From Takakia lepidozioides (lineage: Eukaryota; Plantae; Bryophyta), in the NCBI GenBank assembly GCA_030704615.1, contig CM060731.1, positions 85,932,001 through 85,996,000 on the forward strand: a stretch of 64,000 bases of DNA, given 5' to 3'. Shown piece after piece: positions 51,501-64,000 of this stretch (position 1 is the first letter of the stretch; each line of letters begins with the position of its first letter). The notes beneath the pieces are model-generated. The model was given only the letters and a program-made list of their open reading frames with translations. It did no database searches and was not told the DNA's origin. Both the position numbers and the translations under genes were made by a program.

Positions 51501-52129
51501 TGAGACATGGTTTAACAGGCCCATGTAGGCAAAATCAGGCTCCTGATATTCAACTACTGGTGCTTTCAGTTAATTTTTCTGATTTTTATCCCCCATAACT
51601 TATTTGCATTTTCATTCATTTTTTTTCCAGGTTGAAATCTCATGATTTTTCGCCAGGCAAAAAAAAACATCTTGTCTTCATATTCACTCCAATTTTGCAT
51701 AAAATTGGTGTAGAGTCATACAGGATCGACAGTAAAGTATGTTGGAGAAGCTTCTGTAAAAAAAAAAAAGTGGCCGAAACATTTGAACAAAGTTGTACTA
51801 TGTATGATAACAAAACAGATGGATGCGTAGTCTAACAACAAGGAGTCTTGCTGTGAATGGGTATGTACCGATCGTCTGCGAGACTGCAGTCACGGTTATG
51901 CCCTTTGCTGACCTCCTCAAAATTGCTCGAAGAAGAAAGCACAAGAACGGGAGGACGTCCAAGAACAGGATGATCAGAATCTTGCAGACGATTCATAATA
52001 TCTGTGTACCTGTACTCCTGTAAACGAGTAGATGGTGTAGATCGTAAAAGATACGCGCCACATCAACCATCTACAACTAGGTCCATGCACTTCCAAATTG
52101 CATCAAACCTGTGCAAATCCATACCGCTA

Positions 52130-53005
52130 TTATGAAATGGAGCAACCCACCAAGTGATGAGTTGTGGAATTACAGCGGAGTCTCTTTAGGTACACGTAGT
52201 ACAGATGCTTGCAAGGGCAGTATGATGCCCCCTTATTCGCCATGATCTAGAAGTTGGTGCAATTGCAGGTGGGTAATTCTGAAATGGAGATGGTGTACGC
52301 CTCATTGCGAACAGCTGAGCCTGCCGTGGCCATCTGATACACACGCCCAAAGCCTGGCGGAAGCACTTCTGTCGAACTCTGGATTGTACAGTTTATCCAA
52401 AGTGCATTCCCCATCCTTGTCTCGTTCACTTTTGAGGGAGGTCGCCGCCTCTTCGGTTTCCCCCAACGGTGTGTAGGATGCTTAGAGCTGTCGTGTCCCA
52501 TTGTTCTTGCTCTCACAGGGGTCGGTGGTGGAGGTTGTGGAAGCGGAAATGGTTGTCTGGGGATGTCAGTGCGCTGCACCATCCAAAATCCTGCGGCGGT
52601 AAGCCGTCGGCCTCAACCTGACTCAGATCGCAGCCTACTTCCACCGGCCACACCCGGGGAGCCTCTGGCATTGTTTGTATGCCGTACTTGGGTTTTCCAT
52701 ACACACAAATCATAATGTCGTGCCTGCAGAACCAGAACTGGGTGGTTGTCGCCTCCGCAAACTTTGCATGGACAAATCTTCTGTAAAAGTAGGAGCAGGG
52801 ACAGCCCCATCTGGATTCCTCCTTATCATTTCTAAACAACGTTGCCGTGTATCCACTCGAATTGCGGAACACCTGCCTCGAAACGACGGCTTTGTGCAAG
52901 CAATTCTCCACTGTGACGCAGACACAGTCGTCTCCACAATGGCTTGGCCATACTGCATAACAGCGGGCAGAATCTGGGGCAAGCGAGCGGTGGGAATTTC
53001 TCGCA
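52130..53005 (-). pseudogene. SWIM zinc-finger C-terminal region of a MULE-type protein
   Basis: YTISISELPTCNCTNF*IMANKGASYCPCKHLYYVY (CxC..CxH), preceded by the Cys-rich WRIA..CSA..RC..PAPTF..FWFC..DI..CV. Confidence 0.75.
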
Positions 53006-53614
53006 CGGAAATTTGTCTAGATCTTAACATATCTAATAGCACCTTTGGCAACGTAAAAGACAAGTAAGTGTGCATCTTGTATTTAGACCACATCTGAGCT
53101 CCTTGTACAATATTTTGATGGGTGAAAATACACGGTTTTTGTCGCAGAGGCGCCGTATATAATGTATTGTTCCATACCTTGTTGATTTCATCGCCTGTAA
53201 CATTAGACTACACAAATTGAAAATCAAGTTCGTTCTTGTCTTCCATGTAGTATCCAACCATTCCAATATATGTATGTAGGCCTATCTCTCTTAGCAACTT
53301 GCAATGCACGACGTGACCAGGTGGAGTTATTTTTGGGTCATCCCATCCTAGGTGTTTTTTAATTAATTTGTTAAGCATCACCAAGCTGGAAACAAACACT
53401 TTCATACCATTTGCAAGTGGAGATGGAAGACCAATCCACCTCTTTCCAAAGAGCAGAGCCCACTTAGAACTGACGAAGGAATACTTCCATTTTTTGCAAA
53501 CAAGCATGGTCGAATATATCTGCTCCCCCCAACAGCGATTGTGACGCTAGCTTGCATGAACTTCTTCCCTTCCCTGTATTGCTCCTTTGCCCTGTCTCTT
53601 GCTATCCCCTTCAT
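53005..53614 (-). mobile_element. Replitron-type HUH endonuclease remnant
   Basis: Across frameshifts: SVTIAVGG.DI, GLCSLERGGLVFHLHLQMV (HUH/HUQ), LNKLIKKHLGW, LHTYIGMVGYYMED (catalytic Tyr motif), then F..NV..DEIN and L.DMLRS. Confidence 0.78.
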
Positions 53615-55436
53615 CCTCTCATCGCTTCAAACATTTACACACTAAAGCATCAAGAGTCGGTGGCCTTCGGTTCGTGGCTTTCAGACAGTGGCAGACTTTT
53701 CTAGAAGCGTGGACTCACGTCCAAATATGATCGCTCTCTTCCATAGCTCTAGCACATTGTCTTCGTCCATCCCTATTGATCAATCCCACTATCTCCATTT
53801 CGTTGACCTTCAAAATTTCTACACACCAATGTTGGGTACTTATGAACACTGATCTGGGCGCCACAGATCTGCATAAGACCCAAGGGGGGAACGGGGAGAT
53901 TTGTGTAAGACAAGGGGATTTAAAAAAAATTCAGAAAGTATTTATAGAGAGGCGAAGACTTCCCCTATACAAAACACCCCCTGCCTCGTGGCTTGCGCCA
54001 GCCAGCCTACCCACGCGCGCGCCGGGTCTTTTGCTGTGCACAAAACCATGCCTCTCTAGAACTTAGCCTAGCTGTGGAATGTTCACGCTAGGTAGGTGAG
54101 TCCGCACATTTGCCCTAGATGTCAGTGCCATGACGGTATCCTCTTATTTGAGATAAGGACTCATTTTGTAGCCAATTCCTGCTCGACGCCACAGGGCGCA
54201 TACGCTGAGTGTGTGCGGGGACTATATACACGTATCTAGATCGTTTAACGCTTGTTGGTCCTGACCTACTGCATATCAAATCATTCCTCCACTCATGCAA
54301 TTCAGAAAAATGACACAAGCTAACTGATAAGCTCAAATGTTGATAGGACCCTCTCAGTGGCATGACCAAAGGGTCCATCCTCCCAACTTAAAATAAGGAT
54401 TTTTGTTCTTTGTTTAGAGTTTGCGGAGCCGAAATGAAGGAAAGGGTCACTTGAGGCGGACAAGAGTTCAGGTGGCGGCATGGGTAGTATGTATGTAAAT
54501 CCCGAGGCCCTGCCCGGGCCTGGCCTGGCCTGTCCTGTCCGTTAACAGTAACTGCCGGTTTTCTCCAACAGGTGCCTGCCTCTTTTTATTCGGCCCTGTC
54601 CTCTCTTCCCTTCTACCTACATCCCCCCGCTCTCTTGCAACATCTTCGCTTTCTCGCTCGCTTGCAACATCTGGTCGTTCTCTCGTTCCCTTGCGCAGCA
54701 CTTCCAATCTTGTTTTCTCGCTTGCACTGCTACTTTTCTTTCGCTGATCAACCTTTTCGGTCTGTCGCATGCACTGATTATGCTCTGTCATCCGTCGAGA
54801 AAGCTTTCAAGGTTCTAGGGAGTCAGTTGCAGAACGTTCTTCAATTGTGCTGTTCACTTTCTTCTTACCTATTCATCAGAGCTGTGTGCGTGCTTTGCGT
54901 TTGTTGGAACTGTGCGCTCCGCTTTTCTCTTAGGTCTGTCCATTCCACTGCGTCAGCGCGTCTCCGTGCCATAATTACTCCCGTGATTTGCTCCAATCTC
55001 GCAGCGCCACTGGCCGGCTTCTGATTTGCTTGTCGTGTCACCTAGGAATTCTCCCGAGTCTCCGTATTCGTCTAATTATCCATCTTCTGAAAGTGATTCA
55101 GTTGAATTCCATTTCGCTTTGCCGTTGCCAATTTCGTGCTGTGTTGGTGCAATCTTGTCCATATACTCCTCTTTGCTGCTTGTTTCTTTCTCGCAGGATG
55201 CCAATTCCATCGCCTTTGATAGTTTCTGAAACCTTTGACATCCCAGGTTTGATCTAGAAATCTTTTCTACATCCGTCTCCTTTAGCGTTTGACATACCAG
55301 GTCTCGCCTATTTCAGAACTCCCGACTTCCTTTCCCTACGTTAGTTCCCGTCGGGTTTACAACTGCTCTATCCGTGTGCTCTTTGAGTCGGTCAACCTCC
55401 ACGCCTACTTTCCTACTCGGTGTATTTCTTTTCAAT

Positions 55437-58400
55437 ATGACGATCAGTGCACCCTTGGTCGTGGTTGGATCCGTCAACGCAGACATTTATGTAGAGATTG
55501 AGAGGCTCCCAAGCGAGGGTGAGACAATTGCTGCAAGAAGTGGCCAGACATTCCCTGGTGGTAAGGGTGCCAATCAGGCTGCTTGTGCTGCCCGCCTTTC
55601 TTATCCAACGTATTTCGTTGGCCAGGTAGGATAACATCTCATACTGTTATATGTTCACTTGAGCGAGTTTGTTAGTCAAACAGCGTCAATTAGAGGATAC
55701 AAGAAAAACAAAGATAAAATTCTCCTGGCGTCCTCCATCAGGAAGAGAGATTCGGCGGAATTTTGCGATGAAGAGAGGGATGAGTGAGCTGAAGAAGGAG
55801 AGAGAGTGGAATGCCAGAATACAATATTTGCAGGCTGGAATGCTGGCAGAAGTGGATCAGCTGAAAGGAGCGGCATCTCCAAGTTGGAAAGTTAATGCGC
55901 CGCTTAGAGAGAGTGATAGAGTAGATTTGAAGCATGCATTGGACCAGCTGTCCAAGCGAGCATCATGAGGCAGGCAGGAGTCATTATATTGCCGTAGAAG
56001 AAAGAAAGACCCATTCAAGGGAGTAGGAGGAGGAGGGGAAGCTTGGTGGTAACGACTTTTGAGTAACAATGAAGTCCTGTCATTCCCCAAAGTGCTTTCG
56101 TTGAATGTCCTTACCGAGGGAAACATGCAACTATGAGATTCGGAGGGGAGGTGAAGACCATCTTGTAGAGATGCCTCCTTAGGATGGCAGTGCATCCGGG
56201 CTGGAGACGGGGATCCGAGGGTTTGTTAAGAGAAATCCATTACATCTATGAAATTGGAGTCGAGCTCTGCTCATTGCTTTGATCATAACCTTAGGAGCGC
56301 GTTCATGTTTTCATGGAAGTTTTCTTCCTTGTCAAGACTGCTCTGTCTCCAAGCATCGAATTGTCAGGTGTAGACTCGCAGTTCTAGAGTTCACTGAATG
56401 CAGCGAGACATGTATGTCCTAGTCTTTCACTTCAAAGTAGGTCTCTTCAGTGTTTATCCTCTCTGTGAAGCAGCCACACACCTGAACAGTATTGCCAAAC
56501 AGTGTTTATTTCCAGATATTTAGGTGAGTATCGTCAAGTTTGTGTGAAGAATTAGAGAGTGCACAGATTCATAGCATAGTTGGAGAGAGTTGAAGCAGTG
56601 AGCTGTCACCTCCTGACAGCTATTTGAAGACTGGGATGGGCTCCCTATGCTACTCATAACTGTCAAAGATCTTCAGGCCCTCTGTCAGGATTTGCTTCAA
56701 AGAAGAATATTGATTACAGACAAAGGGATTAAAGGCTGCAGAGCACAATTTTAGACTCTAAACCTAGTCATATTATGTTCTGAGACTCAGACTCCAGGAC
56801 TTAGTTCTCGTCTAATTTTCCCTTGTATGGGATGTCACTGATCTATTCTGTGATAAGCAGTGTGCCAGAAAGAAACTGTCCTTTACTGTCTCTGTAAGAT
56901 AAGCTTATAGCTGAAAATGTGGTTGAAGAGCTCATCTGGACTGTCATGGGGTGTCAATTGCTGTGCTTGCTATTTCTCAGTGTTTGTATGTATCTGGGAT
57001 ACAGTAGGTGATACATTCATATTTTCGGGATAGCTTCCATCTCTACAGTGTTTAGGTGCTGTGTAGTCTTTGCCAATTAATTATGTGTTCTTTGTTGTCA
57101 TATTTGCTGCTCTTGCACCCACTCTACCTAAGCAGAAGAATTTGCTGCTGAATATGTTGCTGTATTCTGTCAGGGCTGGAAAGAGAGCCAAGCCTTTTCT
57201 TTACATTTCATAGAACACTCCAACCTCTTTGATCTGTATTGTCGATTGTGCATTTTGTCAGCCAACTATCCAGAGGCTCTGTATGGTGATAACGGTTGGA
57301 ACTCGGAAGTTAACTTGCTATTGTTGGCCACTGATGTATTTGACCATGCCTCCACCTAAATGTAAAGTGGTCAATGATTTATCTAGCTTCACCTGCTCCC
57401 TCCTGAAGAACTTGTGATAGTGCATGCAGGTTGGGAAGGATGGGCATGCCAGTTTGGTGAAAGATGCACTGGCATCTGCTGGAGTCCGTCTGGACCATCT
57501 CAACTCAGTGAAAGGCCCCACAGGTCATGCAGTGGTGATGCTGCAACCAGGAGGCAAAAACTCAATCATCATTGTGGGAGGAGCAAATGTGTCATGGCCC
57601 AGGCTAGAAGATGGCATTTGTCGGCTGACAACAACTGTACAACAACTCATACGGCGAGCAGGTGCTGTGCTTCTGCAGCGGGAAGTTCCAGACACAGTCA
57701 ACATAGAAGCTGCTAAGGTACACCAGCTAGTGTCATTTTGCAGTTAGTATTTTCGAATTTGCTTGAAACTGGTTCTTGTCTGGTTCTGACACATTGTCGT
57801 TTGATGGTACCTACATCTTTTTAACCAGTTACCATTGAATAGTTGATAACTTGTTGGACATCATCCATTGGATGAGCAGCCACATATTCTTTCTTTAACA
57901 TTCATAACTGGTGATGTTGAGAATGTTTCTATTTAATAGCTTCTTACTGCCTCAAAATCCAACAAGGGAGCTGGGGTGAAAGGGGCCATCACTGTGCCTG
58001 CTGAAATGAGTGGGATAAGTTCAGTACATTGTTGGATGGCCATGGACAGAAGGGATCACTGGAGCCAGTCTAATGAGCCTGATGGGCTGGAATATTCTGC
58101 AGTCCTTTGGCATCAATCTTTTGTAACAGTTTGGCTGACTGCATGTGATTCACATGCCCTCAAATACGGATGAGATGGTTGGACTAAGGCAGAGAAATGT
58201 TATATCTATTGAGAATTTTCCATGTAGTTTTTATTTTCTTGGCTGACATCCCTAGGTCTTGCATTCTTCACTAAACAGATGGTTTCATTTTACCAGTTCA
58301 GCGCAGTGGTATGTCTGTTCTTGTCAAATGATGTCCCTGCTTTCAGTAACTGGGATCAGTGGAGATGCTTTAAAAGGTCCAAATTTGCAAAGCTTGGGCT

Positions 58401-59658
58401 GCAGATTGCTCGGAGTGCAAATGTTCCAGTGATATTGGATGCAGGGGGTGCTGAGGGTCCCATTCCTGAAGAGCTCCTGAAGTGTGTTACTATACTGAGT
58501 CCCAATGAGACAGAACTTGCCCGCCTAACAGGGATGCCCACAAATACCCTTGAGCAAGTCCTTGAAGCTGCTGCTAAAATTCAGCAGTTGGTGAGTGTTT
58601 CTGTCTGGCAAAGTTTTTCCTACTAGCTTGCATGTTCCTCCTGCTAAAATATAAGACTTGGGGAGGGATGAACAGTGTTCGATACGAGTACAAAGAAGAA
58701 GAACCAGCAAATGCCCGCTTTGATGCTGCATTGTATATCTGCAAGGTGGTGTAGCTCCACTATCATCAGAATAGTATTATGTGTTATCGGATTGAAGGGA
58801 AGACAATAGGTACAGTCATAGTGCATCCATGTATTGTGATTGTGGGACAGTTCTACATGAGTTGCTTATGTTAAAGATACCAGTGTGTGGAGAATATCTG
58901 CAGAAGTGAACTACCGATTATCTTGTCTCATTTAGATTGCACCAATTTCAGTTTTTAATTTCCAAGACAATTGTTCAAATGATATAAGGAGGCAACTAAA
59001 AGAAATGGTGCCCTTCAATAACCGCGCTGGTGGTGATCTCGTTGGTGTGCATAGCAGGGCGTGAAGCAAGTACTGGTGAAGCTGGGAGAACAAGGCTCGG
59101 TTCTTGCCACCAAAGATGGAGCTCCACTAATCCAGCCTGCCATTCTACCTCCAGTTGTGGTTGATACAACTGGTGCTGGTGATACGTTCACAGCTGCCTA
59201 TGCCGTGGCTCTCATTGAGCGTCAATCCCTCCCTGAAGCCCTTAGATTTGCTGGTCTGTCCTGTCTCCATTCCCCTTCTTTCCCAGCATTTTTTGTGGTT
59301 GTGCCTGGCTATCTTGTAATCCCTCCTTTTCTGTTCAGCGGAAAAAGGTCTTTGCTTGAGATTAAACAAGATTATTCTCTAATCTGGGGTTGAGCTGTTT
59401 CGTGGCACAGCTGCGACGGCATCACTCTGCATCCGAACAAAGGGTACCATACCAAGCATGCCTGAACGAAAGGCAGTTGTACAGCTGCTGAAGGAGCATC
59501 CTGTCATCAAGCAGGAGCTGCCTCTTGCTGATGAGAAGGTTTTGTTGCTTCTCAAGGAGCATTCTTCATATGCCGAAGAGAAGAAACCAGGTACGTCCGG
59601 CACAATTGAACAGAAGGTGCAGCTGATGTCCATCCAGGCTGAGTCAGTGACGGTGTGA
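55437..59658 (+). CDS. RBSK: Ribokinase (pfkB family), 5 exons: 55437-55625, 57430-57717, 58405-58590, 59058-59253, 59411-59658
   Basis: VVVGSVNAD, GGKGANQA, GQVGKD, PTGHAVV..NSIIIVGGAN, LLQREVP, ILSPNETE, VLVKLG..G, VVDTTGAGDTF, SLC...G.IPSMP. All introns are GT-AG with consistent phases; no stops. Confidence 0.95.
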
Positions 59659-61874
59659 TCAATGCACGTCTTTTCCTTGTACAAGAACTTATGTTCTTAA
59701 TATGTAGAGTATTTGATTATGCTGCGAGAATAGTAGACAGAGCCCCGCCCCTGGCAAGGGCAGGAGAACCCCAACATGGGGAAGGAAGCTCATAGATAGG
59801 CGGGTTGTGGTCGCCACTTTTCTCTGAACCCGGTATGTGTTTGGCATAGGCATGGCTATTACCATCAGATGTATATAAAGCGTGGGGGGTATAGATTGTT
59901 GTTGCCCCCATTGTGCTTTATTTGAGAGGCCTCTTTGTAATGGGCAAAGTAACTACGCAGTTACCATGTTAGATTCACTCAGTTTACTTTTTATGCACCC
60001 TGACTGTATTGTTGCTGCACAACCTTGGCAACTATTGCAGTGAAGGTTGTATTCTAGCTACTGGGGTTGTTCTCATGTGGTTGATGCTTCATTTCTTCAC
60101 ATCTGAAGGTTATAATGTTGCAAAGAATGGAATTCGTCCTTTAGCAGCCCTCACATATTTAAATGCACTTTAATATACACATATATACCTGAGAAATGTC
60201 CAATAGAGCACTATGAGTGTTGCCACAACCATGGCTTTGAAGTCATGGAGGGATTGTGAGGATTACTTTTTTTGCGTGCCCTGGATTCTCCTTTCCTCTG
60301 GTTAAATAGATGCTTTAGGGCTAGAAGAATAGGACTTTGCTTCCAATGTACACAACATTCCAAGCACGCCAAGATCACCGAGCTGGACACTCTTGGTATG
60401 CCAGAAGAGTGTCCCTTGCATACCCTTTACGTACATGACGAAGTTTAGGTCCCAGTCCCAACTGAGTGGCAACACTCATAGCTTTACTAATCGAAGCCGT
60501 TCGTAACTATGCCTTCAGAAGGCAGGCAAATGAGGTTCAAATGTATGGCAACGCCCTCATCACAAATCTTGGGTGGGGCTGCATTGTTAATGTGATCCAT
60601 TAGATGAAATACATATACTAAGTGAGATCCATTTACTAACAGTTTGTTTTTAAGAATTTTCAATTGCATTCGATAAATGTGTACATTTGGAAAAGGCTTG
60701 ACCCAGTCAGTTCGCTTGTGAAGATCCTCTTCTCGCGTGCATGCACGCTCCTCTTGCTTTGCCCCTGTCATTTTGAAAAGCACTTAAAGGATAGGCAAAT
60801 ATTCCTCCTGCTTCTTTTAAGGCTTCAAAGTGGGATTGACTGTTGGCTGAATGGAGCCGAGTTGGACCATCTCATCTGCTATGTCATTGCAACATTTGAC
60901 ACATATAAAATGAAATGAATGAATGCAGTTCCTCACAATGTTTGCCTCTTTTGCGTGCCATGACATTTGATGCGGCCATTTGACATACTTCAAGGACAAA
61001 ATGAGAAATCCCACACGTATCGTGGTAGGACACCTTTACACACATACATACACCAACGTACATCAGCTGCCTAACACAAGGTCAGGCCGCCGCTTTATAT
61101 AAACCCTAGCTGCATGCTTGCATGCCGCGTGGCGAGGCGTGACAGGCTGAGCCCGTGCCCTTTCATAGCCCTAGATTTAGTGAACGGCCAGGATGCGGCC
61201 ACAAGCATTAACTAACACTATCATTGTAACGGTTTTAACGGTACTTATGCCAAAAAAAAATTATACTATGCCGTTTTGGATGAATAAAGCAAATTGGTGA
61301 TGATGAGAGTTTGGGCCAACACATCTCTGAAGCCTACCCCCCACGAAAAATCATGAGCTCCGCGAAGGAAATTATAAGAAATAATAAGTAAATAGTGTGA
61401 TAAGATCACCCTCCTCTGCTAGGTGAAAAATCTACCAAGGGAAAATCGGACACCTGCAAATTACAAAACCCTTGGCTAGGAAAACTGTGCAGGGAGTACA
61501 GATGGTGATATATCATAAGACTACAAATGTTTTAAGTCCTAGAATGGCAAGCCATAAAGCCAAGAAAATCATAATCCGCAATCTAAGACTAAGCCGCTGA
61601 AGACAAGTGAATCAAGCTGAAGTAGATCGGCTAAGAAGATCAAGACATCACCCCACCGTACGTCCCTCCATATTGATGCACGTGAGATCAAAGACCAACT
61701 CGGAATGCACCAGATCCGTCAAAGAAACCGGTTCATCCCGCACTTTAGTATTAGACCCCTGTGGAAGAAGGAGAGCACGTCGCCCACGTAAAATCTGATA
61801 GATCAAGTATGGACCATCGACCGCGGATTGGCACCCTTTACCGCGGAAACAAGCTGGACGACATAAAAAAAGGC

Positions 61875-62205
61875 ATTGAATAAAGGATGGATGAATGTAC
61901 AGTTGGATGATAAACAGATGGATGAGTGTGAAAAATGAATGTAGATGGATGAATGAGGGATGGATAAGAGTAAAATGGATGAATGTATAATGGATGTTGA
62001 GCAATGAGCAATGACAAAATTCATGACAGGAAGATGCATGACCAAATCTTTTGACGAATGCACCTCGTATATGAAATGAGTGTGGAACGTTTGTGGGGTG
62101 GATTAAAGAGTACAGAGGATGAATGTACAATGGATGTTGTACAAAGGAAAAAATTCATGAATGGAGCACGCATGAATACAGTGTAGATGAATGCACAATG
62201 GATAT
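61875..62205. repeat. Degenerate GGATGAAT-rich low-complexity repeat
   Basis: Many tggatg(aat) motifs. Related TCATCC/GGATGA motifs occur at 46180-46515. Confidence 0.7.
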
Positions 62206-62696
62206 GAGAAGAGTCAGGGAGGTTTGTGAGATGGATTCATACATATTGCAATTTAAACGAAAGGTGATTCTGTGATTATTATTTGTTCTAAAGGAACAAC
62301 TACGGTGGAGGAAGGGGATTCAACGTTTTCCAGATAATATGAAAATAAATATTAAAAAAATACAGTTCAGTCTGACTCAGAGTCAGTACAATGTATCCCC
62401 GCTTCCTCTGCATCTAAGTCTAAGTATTTTAGAACACCGGATCCACGCTGGATACACCTACGGCTGGCCACTAAAAAGTCAGGGGATAGGGACTCGGCCG
62501 CGTGAAGTGTCATTGCCTCGGCATAAACAGGAAGAAGAAAATTGGAAAGGGGGCTGTCGAAAACAGACTCGCCATAAATGACTGTATCTCCTGAAGATCC
62601 ACCGCTGCCTTTCCTGAAAGACAGCCTGAAAAAGTTATTACTGTAACTTTGATGTTATCGAGAAATTGAGTATGACTCCCAAAGAGGGTTTAGCAC

Positions 62697-64000
62697 TTAC
62701 TCACATGAAAAGTCGTTGTCGACCTGCTTATCTTCGGGATCGTCATCATTTCGAATTTGAATCCGATCAGTCTGTGTGCCTGAAGTGGAGCCAGACAAAA
62801 GGGGGAGGAGCACTGTGTTGTAGAGGTCAGAATCACCCTCCATGCCAAAAAGGCTTCTTCCGCCTGCCTTGCATGTGTGGTAAGTTGCTCCTGCACCAGA
62901 CATGAGAACATGAATAGTTTGGAGGGGGGGATTTAAGCAGATGAAACTGTTGAAAGGAAACCAATTCGGAAGGGAAAAAACGAACCTGTGGACACAGAAA
63001 GATCGACCACCCGTGCAGAGCGGTGGCTGCATGACTCTAGCAGTATTTGCATGAACGCTGGTGACTTTTCCTTTGCACCTCTCCAGGGAGTGCCATCTGG
63101 TCTCTTCAGAGTCTGACTGGATTGCATGAAGTTGTACAAAATGTCATCGACATGGGGCTCATAAGGGGGGTTGACGAAACAACCCTGGTCAGAAATCTCA
63201 AAGCTGCGAATGGAGGATGGTGTCTTTGAGGTGCGAATCCTCCGCAGGCAGATTGCCTCGAACATCCTCGTCTGGCAAAGATAGCAGGTTAGTGTGGTAA
63301 ACACAATCTATAGTGGAAGTGTGTATATCGGCTATTCAGAACTCTGACACAAAAAAATCATGAATCGGTGATGATCGGTGTCGATCATAACACATTCTAC
63401 TAGAGTGGAGCTGCAGAGAAAATTGAAACTCATGATCAAAGCACAAGCAGAAGGGAGACGGCATACCAGCTGACCAGGGAAACCCCCTTTCACAAGGTAG
63501 AGGCTGTTCACACAATTCCATGTGCGCAAAACTTCAAACCCTGAAGACTTGAGGTATGATGCCAATGCCCGACGACTATCATTGTCACATGACTGAAAAA
63601 GCAGAAGTGTCCCTGCATCAGAGAGGAAGTTGTTGCAGAACCCGAACACCCAATTCCAGTAGTTGTCCTCGAATTTGTTCCAGCCTGGCGTCTTGCCCTT
63701 TGGAAGAACTTCTGGCACAGCCTGGCCATCTGGGATGTCGAGAATGACAATGTCGGCCGCATAAGTTTTCTGCACACCGCACACGAAGGTGGGACCTGTG
63801 CTCACCTGCAACAGACATGTTTTTTATAAGAACGATGGCAAGATTGTTTTCAAAGAACGAGACTGAAATACTGCCAACGAAACTTTCAGAGAAAAAGAAA
63901 AGAAACTGGAATTCTCACCAGATTGAGGAATGAGATTATATTGTCCCAGGTAGGGGATGGCACCCCAGTGTATCCTCTCTTTCGACTCTGCATCATCGAA
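62697..64000 (-). CDS. Spliced beta-class amino (N6A/N4C) DNA methyltransferase-like gene, 5' part beyond the window
   Basis: Exons 63919->64000, 63467-63805, 62986-63271 and 62697-62890. DIVILDIPDG (motif IV-like), FLSDAGTLLLF, W.C.N, WRGAKEKSPAFMQILLESCS...VVDLSVSTG|ATYHTCKAGGRSLFGMEGD (motifs X, I, II). Confidence 0.8.

Noticed and set aside
48600-52100. Short ORFs here and at 60300-61050
   Set aside because: No recognisable domains; probably decayed TE or intergenic DNA that I cannot assign.
59720-59966. Solo LTR after the ribokinase gene
   Set aside because: A TATA-like motif is present but there is no convincing TG..CA pair with a TSD.

Overview
Eukaryotic land-plant DNA, probably from a non-seed plant (inferred from the tandem PLS-PPR repeats, a Replitron and the TE families; not provable from this window). 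There is one intact host gene, a 5-exon ribokinase at 55437-59658. The rest is a nested, heavily rearranged transposon graveyard: two CACTA/EnSpm TnpD genes, a TnpA-like gene, three CACTA termini, GCM-zinc-finger MULE-type DDE transposase pieces, a SWIM-finger piece, a Replitron HUH remnant, two Ty3/gypsy remnants, two LINE families and PLS-PPR pseudogenes. The most unusual content is prokaryote-type cargo in intron-containing genes. Two ParB/Srx-fold (VWDGNHR) paralogs are each physically linked to their own array of long, near-perfect palindromes with a near-integral helical period: a 26-bp palindrome every 53 bp, and a 36-bp palindrome every ~116 bp. A spliced beta-class N6A/N4C DNA methyltransferase-like gene lies at the right edge. 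A CACTA insertion with a matching 3-bp TSD allows the second ParB locus to be reconstructed across an inversion. The reconstruction places its palindrome array inside an in-frame intron, with the gene head-to-head to a GCM-MULE gene. All domain calls are by-eye motif recognition; no database searches were run.
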